Positions 56,001 through 64,000 of a DNA stretch of 64,000 nt are shown here, in pieces. Every line of letters starts with the position of its first letter. The first letter of the stretch is position 1. The translations under genes were made by a program, and so were the position numbers. Source of the DNA: Eledone cirrhosa (Eukaryota); the NCBI GenBank assembly GCA_964016885.1, contig OZ024759.1, positions 2,728,001 to 2,792,000 of the forward strand. Direction: 5' to 3'. Under the pieces are notes generated by a model. That model had not been told where the DNA came from. It ran no database searches and saw nothing but the letters and a program-made list of their open reading frames with translations.

Positions 56001-59000
56001 CCCTGTAATGTGACTGCCAGTAATGTGATTCCTGGTAATTTGACAGCGAGTAAGTTGACTGCTGGTCATTTGCATGCTAGTAATTTGACTTCCAGTAATT
56101 TGACTGCCAATAATTTCACTCCCAGTAATGTGACTCACAGTAATTTGACTACCTGTAATATGAATGCTGATAATGTGACTCCTAGTAATTTGACGCCCAG
56201 TAATGTGACTCACAGTATTTTGACTCCAAGTAATGTGACTCCCACTAATGTTACTCCCAGTAATGTGACTCCCAGTAATTTGACTACCAGTAATGTGATT
56301 CCCAGTAATGTGACTCCCAGTAATTTGAGTGCCAGCAAAGTGACTGCCCGTAAGGTGCCTTCCAGTAATGTGACTCCTGGTAATATGACTGCCAGTAATA
56401 TGGCTCCCAGGAATGTGACTGCCAGCAATGTGACTCCTGGTAATTTGACAGCGAGTAAGTTGACTGCTGGTCATTTGCATGCTAGTAATTTGCATTCCAG
56501 TAATTTGACTGCCAATAATTTCACTCCCAGTAATTTGACTCCCAGTAATGTCACTACCTGTAATATGAATGCTGATAGTGTGACTCCCAGTAAATTGACT
56601 CCCAGTAATGTGACTGCCAGTAATTTGATTCCAATAATGTGACTGCCATTAATGTGACTGCCAGTAATTTTACTCCGAGTAATCAGACTCCAAGTAATTT
56701 TACTCCCAGTAATTTCACTCCAAGTAATGTGACTCGCAGTAATTTGAGTGCCAGTAATTTGGATCCAAATAATATGACTCACAGTAATGTGACTGCCAGT
56801 AATTTGACGCCCAGTAACGTGACTCCAAATAATATGACTCCCAGTATTGTGACTCCCAACAATGTGACTGCCAGTAATTTGACTCCAAGTAATGTGACTC
56901 CCACTAATGTGAGTCCCAGTAATGTAACTCCCAATAATGTGACTCCTAGTAATTTGACGCCCAGTAATGTGACTGCCAGTAATGTGACTCACAGTATTTT
57001 GACTCCAAGTAATATGACTGCCAATTATGTTGATCCCAGGAATGTGAGTGCCAGTAATATGACTCCCAGTAATGCGGCTCCCAATAATTTGATTCCTTAT
57101 AATGTGACTCACAATAATTTTACTCCCAGTAATCTAACTGCCAGTAATTTGACTACCAGTAACGTGACAGCCAGTAATGTGACTCCCAGTAATTTGACTC
57201 CCAGTGATGTGACTCCCAATAATGTGACTCCCAGTAATGTGACTCCCAATAATGTGACTCCCAGTAATCTGAGTCCCAGTAATGTGACTGAGAGTAATGT
57301 GGCTCTCTGTACTGTGACTCCCAGTAATGTGACTCCCAGTAATTTGACGCCCAGTAATCTGCTGCCAGTAATGTGACTGCCAGTAATTTGACTCCCAGTA
57401 ATGTGACAGCCAGTAATGTGACTCCCAGGAATGTGACTCCCAGTAATTTGACGCCTAGTAATCTGACCGCCAGTAATTTGACTGCCAGTAATTTGACTCC
57501 CAGTAATGTGACTGCCAGTAATTTGACTGCCAGTAATTTGATTGTCAGTAATTCGACTGCCAGTAATTTGATTGTCAGCAATGTGACAGCCAGTAATGTG
57601 ACTGCCAGTAATTTGACTCCCAGTAATGTGACTGCCAGTAATTTGACTGCCAGTAATTTGATTGTCAGTAATTCGACTGCCAGTAATTTGACTGCCAGTA
57701 ATGTGACAGCCAGTAATGTGACTGCCAGTAATTTGACTGCCAGTAATTCGACTGCCAGTAATTTGATTGTCAGCAATGTGAGTCCCAGTAATGTGACTCC
57801 CAGCAATGTGACTGGCATTAATGTGAGTATAAGAAATGTGACTACCAGTAATGTGACTGCCATTAATTTGACTGCCAGTAATGTGACAGCCAGTAATGTG
57901 ACTCCCAGTAATTTGACTGTCAGTAATTCTGACTGCCAGTAATGTGATTTCCAGTAATGTGACTCCCAGTAATGTGACTCCCAGGAAGTCGACTGCCATT
58001 AATGTGACTGCCCGTAAGAGGACTGCCAGTAATGTGACTGCCCGTAAGATGACTACCAGTAATGTGACTCCTAGTTATATGACTGCCAGTATTGTGGTTC
58101 CAGGAATATGACTCCCAGTAATGGGACTCCCAGTAATAAGCCTCCAAGTAATGCGGCTCCCAATAATTTCATTCCTAATAATGTGACTCACAATAATGTG
58201 ACTCCCAGTAATGTGATTCCCAGTAATGTGACTGCCAGTAATGTGACTGCCAGTAATGTGGCTCCCAGGAATGTGACTGCCAGTATTGTGACTGACAGTA
58301 ATGTGATTCCTAGTAATATGACTGCCAGTAATGTGACTGCCAGTAATTTTACTCCCAGTAATGTGACTCGAAGTAATTTGACTCACTGTAATGTGACTGC
58401 CAGTAATGTGACTCCTGGTAATTTGACAGCGAGTAAGTTGACTGCTGGTCATTTGCATGCCAATAATTTCACTCCCAGTAATGTGACTCCCAGTAATGTG
58501 ACTACCTGTAATATGAATGCTGATAATGTGACTCCCAGTAATGTGACTCACAGTAATTTTACTCCCAGTAATGTGACTGCCAGTAATGCGACTCCCAATA
58601 ATGTGACTGCCATTAATGTGACTGCCAGTAAATTTAGTCCAAGTAATGTGACTCCAAGTAATTTGACTCCCTGTAATGTGACTGCCAGTAATGTGATTCC
58701 TGGTAATTTGACAGCGAGTAAGTTGACTGCTGGTCATTTGCATGCTAGTAATTTGACTTCCAGTAATTTGACTGCCAATAATTTCACTCCCAGTAATGTG
58801 ACTCCCAGTAATTTGACTACCTGTAATATGAATGCTGATAATGTGACTCCTAGTAATTTGACGCCCAGTAATGTGACTGCCAGTAATGTGACTCACAGTA
58901 TTTTGACTCCAAGTAATATGACTGCCAATTATGTGGATCCCAGGAATGTGAGTGCCAGTAATATGACTCCCAGTAATGCGGCTCCCAATAATTTGATTCC

Positions 59001-62000
59001 TTATAATGTGACTCACAATAATTTTACTCCCAGTAATCTGACTGCCAGTAATCTGACTACCAGTAACGTGGCAGCCAGTAATGTGACTCCCAGTAATTTG
59101 ACTCCCAGTGATGTGACGACCAATAATGTGACTCCCAGTAATGTGACTCCCAATAATGTGACTCCCAGTAATTTTACTCCCAGTAATGAGACTCAGTAAT
59201 GTGAACCCAGTAATTTGACGGCCAGTAATGAGAGTGCCAGTAATGTGACACCCAGTAATGAGACTGCCAGTAATGTGACTCCCAGTAATCTGAGTCCGAC
59301 TAATATGACTCCCAGTAATTTGACTGCCGGTAATTTGACTCCCAGTAGTTTGACTGCCACTAATTTGACTCCCAGTAAATTGCCTGCCAGTAATGTGACT
59401 TCCAGTAATGTGACTCCCAGTAACGTGACACCCAGTAATATGACAGCCAGTAATTGGACAGCCTGTAATGTAACTCCCAGTAATGTGAAACCCAGTAATC
59501 TGACTGCCAGTAATATGACTTCCCGTAATTTTACCCCCAGTAATGTGACTCCCAGTAATGTTACGCCCAGGAATGTGACTGCCAGCAATGTGACTGCCAG
59601 TAATGTGACACTCAGTAATGTGACTGCCAGTAATGTGACTCCCAGAATATGACTCCCTGTAATGTGACACTCACTGATGTGACTTCCAGTATGTGTACTC
59701 CCAGTAATGTGACTGCCAGTAATGTGACTCCCAGTAAGTTGACTCACAGTAATGTGACTCCCAGTAATGTGAATCCCAGTAATGTGACTGCCAGTAATGT
59801 GACTCCCAGTAAGTTGACTCACAGTAATGTGACTCCCAGTAATGTGACTCCCAGTAATGTGATTCCTGTAATGTTACTCCCAGTAATATGACCACCTGTA
59901 ATTGACTGCCAGTAATTTGACTTTCAATAATTTGACTGTGAGTAATGTGATTTCCAATAATGTGACTCCCCGTAATGTGACTCCCAGTAATGTGAATCCC
60001 AGTAATGTGACTCCGAGTAATGTGTCTCCCACTAATTTGACACCCAGTAATTTGATTGCCAGCAATGTGACTGCCAGTAATTTGACTGCCAGTAATGTGA
60101 CTCCCAATATTTTGACTGCCAGTAATTTGACTCCCAGTAATGTGACTCCCAGTAATTTGATTTCCAATAATGTGACTCCCTGTAAGTGACACCCAGTCAT
60201 TTGACTCCTAGTCATATGACTCCCAGTAATTTGACTGCCAGTAATGTGACTTCCAGTAATGTGCATCCAAGTAATGTGCCCCCCCCCCCCCAGTAATATG
60301 ACTGCCAGTAATTTGACAGCCAGGAATTTGACTCCTAGTCATATGACTCCCAGTAATGGGAATCCCTGTAATTTTACACCCAGTAATGAGACTCCCAGTA
60401 ATTTGACGGCCAGTAATCTGACTGCCAGTTACGTGACACCCAGTAATATGACGGACAGTAATCTGACTGCCAGTAATGTGACTCCCAGTAATGAGACTGC
60501 CAGTCATGTGACTTCCAGTAATGTAACTGCCAGTAATGTGACTCCCGTTTATGTGACTCCCAGTATCGTGACTTCCAGCAATGTGACTGCCAGTATGTGT
60601 ACTCCCAGCAATGTGACTGCCAGTAGTGTGACTCCAAGCAATTTGACACCCAGTAATTTGATTGCCAGTAATTTGACTGCTCATAATTTAACTCCTATCA
60701 ATATGACTCCCAGTAATGTGACTCCCAGTAATGAGACTGCCAGTAATGTGACTCCCAGTAATGAGACTGCGACTAATGTGACTCCCATTAATGAGACTGC
60801 CAGTAATGTGACTGCCTGTAATGTGACTCCCAGTATTCTGATTGCCTGTATTGTGACTCCCAGTAATGTGACTCAGTAATGTGACTCCCAGTAATGTGAC
60901 TGCCAGTAATGTGACACCTAGTAATGTGACTGCCAATAATGTGACTCCCAGTAATATGACTCCCAGTAATCTGACTACGAGTAATGTGACTCCCAGTAAT
61001 GTGACTCCCAGTAATGTGACTGCCAGTAATGTGACTGTCAGTAATGTGACTACCAGTAACATGACTCCCAGTAATATTTAATTCCAGTAATGCGATTCCC
61101 AGTAATAAGCCTCCCATTAATATGACTACGTGTAATGTAACTCCTAGTAATGTGACTCCCAGTAATGTGACCCCCAGTAATGAGACTGACAGTAATCTGA
61201 CTCCCATTTATGTGACTGCCAGTAATGTGACTACCAGTAATCTGACTCCGAGTAATATGACTCCCAGTAATTTGACTGCCTGTAATATGACTCACAGTAA
61301 TGAGACTGCCAGTAATGTGAATCCCGTTAATGTGACTGCCAATAATGAGAGTGCCAGTAATGTGACTCCCAGTAATGAGACTCCCAGTAATCTGATTGCC
61401 AATAAATTGACTTACAGTAATGCGACTCACGTAATTTGACTCATAATAATGTGACTGCCAGTAATGTGACTGCCAGTAATGGGACTGACAGTAATGTGAC
61501 TCCCAGTTATTTGACTCCGAGTAATGTGACTGCCAGTAATTTGAATCCCAGTTATATGACTCCCGTTAATTTCACTTCCAGTAATTTGACTCCCAGTATT
61601 TTGATTGCCAGCAATGTGACTGCTAGTAATATGACTCCCAGTAATTTGACTTCCTGTAATTTGACTGCCTGTAATCTGACTCCCAATAATTTGACTGCAA
61701 GTAATGTGACTCCCAGTAATGTTTCTCTAGATTACTAGAGAAACATTACTGGGAGTCACATTACTTGCAGTCAAATTATTGTCAGCGAGTAATGTGACTC
61801 CCAGTAACCTGACTCCCAGTAATGTGACAACCAGTAATTTTATCTCCAGTAATGTGACTCCCTGTAACGTGACTCCAAGTAATTTGAATGCCATTCATTT
61901 GACTCTCAATTATTTGACTCCCAGTAATTTGACTCCCAGTAATGTGACTCCAAGTAATGTAACTTCCCGTAATTTTACCCCCAGTAATGTGACTCCCAGT

Positions 62001-63619
62001 AATGTTACTCCCAGTAATGTGACACCCAGTAATGTGACTGCCAGTAATGTGACTCCCAGAATATGACTCCCTGTAATGTGACACTAACTAATGTGACTTC
62101 CAGTATGTGTCCTCCCAGTAATCTGACTGCCAGTAATGTGACTCCCAGTACGTTGACTCCCAGTAACGTGACTCCAACTAATTAGACACCCAGTAATTTG
62201 ATTGCCAGCAATGTCACTGCCAGTAATTTGACTGCCAGTAATTTGACTGCCAGTAATTTGACTGCCAGTAATTTGACTGCCAGTAATTTGACTGCCAGTA
62301 ATGTGACTCCCAATAATTTGACTGCCAGTAATTTGACTCCCAGTAATGTGAATCCCAGTAATGTGACTGCCAGTAATGTGACTTCCTGTAATGTTACTCC
62401 CAGTAATATGACCCCCAGTAATTTCACTGCTAGTAATTTGACTGCCAGTATCCTGACTCCCAATAATGTGACTCCCAGTAATCTGACTCCCAGTAATGTG
62501 ATTCCCAGTAATGTGACTCCGAATAATCTAACTCCGAGTAATATGACTCCCAGTAATGTGACTGCCAGTAATGTGACTGCTCGTAATGTGACTTCGAGTA
62601 ATATGACTCCCAGTATTATGAGCTCCAGTAATATGAGCCCCAGTAATGTGACTGCCAGTAACGTGATTGTCAGTAATGTGACTGCCAGTATGTCTACTCC
62701 CAGTAATGTGACTCACAGTAATTTGACTCCCATAATATGAATCCCTGTAATGTGACACCCACTAATGTGACTGCCAGTATGTGTACTCCCAGTAATGTGA
62801 CTCCCTGTAACGTGACTCCCAGTAATTTGAATGTCATTCATTTGACTCCCAGTAAATTGACTGCTCGTAAAGTGACTCCCAGTAATTTGATTTCCAGTAA
62901 TGTGACTCCGTGTAATGTGACTCCCAATAATTTGACTGCCAGTAATTTGACTGCCAGTAATGTGACTCCCAGTAATTTGATTTCCAGTAATGTGAGTCCC
63001 TGTAACGTGACTCCCACTAATTTGACTGCCATTAATATGACTCCCAATAATTTGACTGCAATTTTTGTGACTCCCAGTAATTTGACTCCCGGTATTGTGA
63101 CTACAAGTAATTTGACTCCCATTAATGTGACTACCAGTAATATGACTCCCAGTAATGTGACTGCCAGTAATGTGACTCCCAGTAATTGGACTCCAAGTAA
63201 AGTGACTCCCGATAATGTGACTTCCAGTAATTTGACTCCCAGTAATTTGCTTGACTACAATGTGACTGCCTGTAATTTGACTGCCACTAATTTGACTGCC
63301 ACTAATTTGACTGCCAGTATTGTGACTTCCATTAAGTTGACTCCCAGTAATTTGACTCCCAGTAATTTGACTCCCAGTAATTTGACTGCCAGTAATTTGA
63401 CTGCTAGTAATGTGACTGCTGGTAATTTGACTGCCAGTAATTTGACTGCCAGTAATGTGACTGCTGGTAATTTGACTGCCAGTAATTTGACTGCTAGTAA
63501 TGTGACTGCTGGTAATTTGACTGCCAGTAATTTGACTGCTAGTAATGTGACTGCTGGTAATTTGACTGCCAGTAATGTGACTTCCATTAAGTTGACTCCC
63601 AGTAATTTGACTCTCAGTA
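47033..63619. repeat. 16.6-kb diverged 15-bp minisatellite (AGTAATGTGACT[C/G]CC)n
   Basis: Directly visible; many substitutions and indels; internal higher-order duplications. Confidence 0.97.
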
Positions 63620-64000
63620 AAAAAAAACCCAAAAAACTATATGTATAAAAAAGAAACAAGGAAAAATTCACTAATGATGGTTGGAGACTTCCGAGGGTCA
63701 CTCATGACGAAAGCCTACAAAAACCCCACGGTTACCCTAATTGTTACGGCAAGTGCCCTCTTCCAATTCTCCTCGTATGTTACTACAGGCACATACTCAG
63801 GCAGGCCCATTCACACAGGCCATTCTTGCCTCTCTCACCCAGCTTTCAACAAACCGGCTGGAATGCAGCACTTCCCACTCCACCCTGATTTTCCTTTTCA
63901 GGTGAAACCTCAAAAAGTTAATGAGGGCGTCACTGAAGAGGAAAGTGCCGTTTTCATCCCTTTCAGAGGCGTGTACCATACAACCTCTTTTACCCTAGCC
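63620..64000 (-). mobile_element. Tx1-like LINE 3' end
   Basis: FLRFHLKRKIRVEWEVL..SRFVESWVREARMACVNG matches the ORF2 C-terminus of 38953-40323. Confidence 0.8.

Noticed and set aside
47021-63701. Long NVTPS / GSHIT / VTLLG ORFs as real genes
   Set aside because: Consensus codons are not one substitution from a stop, ORFs occur on both strands, and there are many frameshifts.

Overview
This is repeat-rich, AT-rich eukaryotic DNA. The repeat families look octopus/cephalopod-like (inference). The host gene is a + strand spliced gene with six in-phase exons (24325-46996) resembling the middle of SPAG17/PF6; one exon carries a tandem RRxS repeat. The rest is mobile DNA and satellites: a stop-free RTE LINE ORF (APE + RT + PHD-like finger), RTE fragments, tRNA-derived SINEs (one family with an RTE tail), a decayed GIY-YIG Penelope-like (Naiad-type) element, a non-autonomous Helitron, TTAA MITEs, a head-to-tail stack of Tx1/L1-like LINEs in a (TCTG/TCTA)n tract, and 30-bp, GGT-rich, 42-bp, ~39-bp and 15-bp tandem arrays. 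The most notable signal is a set of six hammerhead-ribozyme motifs read directly from the sequence. One lies in a 426-bp tandem non-coding insertion with a 12-bp TSD that looks like a non-LTR retrozyme inserted into the Penelope-like ORF. Others sit in long inverted repeats and have enlarged stem-II loops. No searches were run; family assignments come from recalled motifs.
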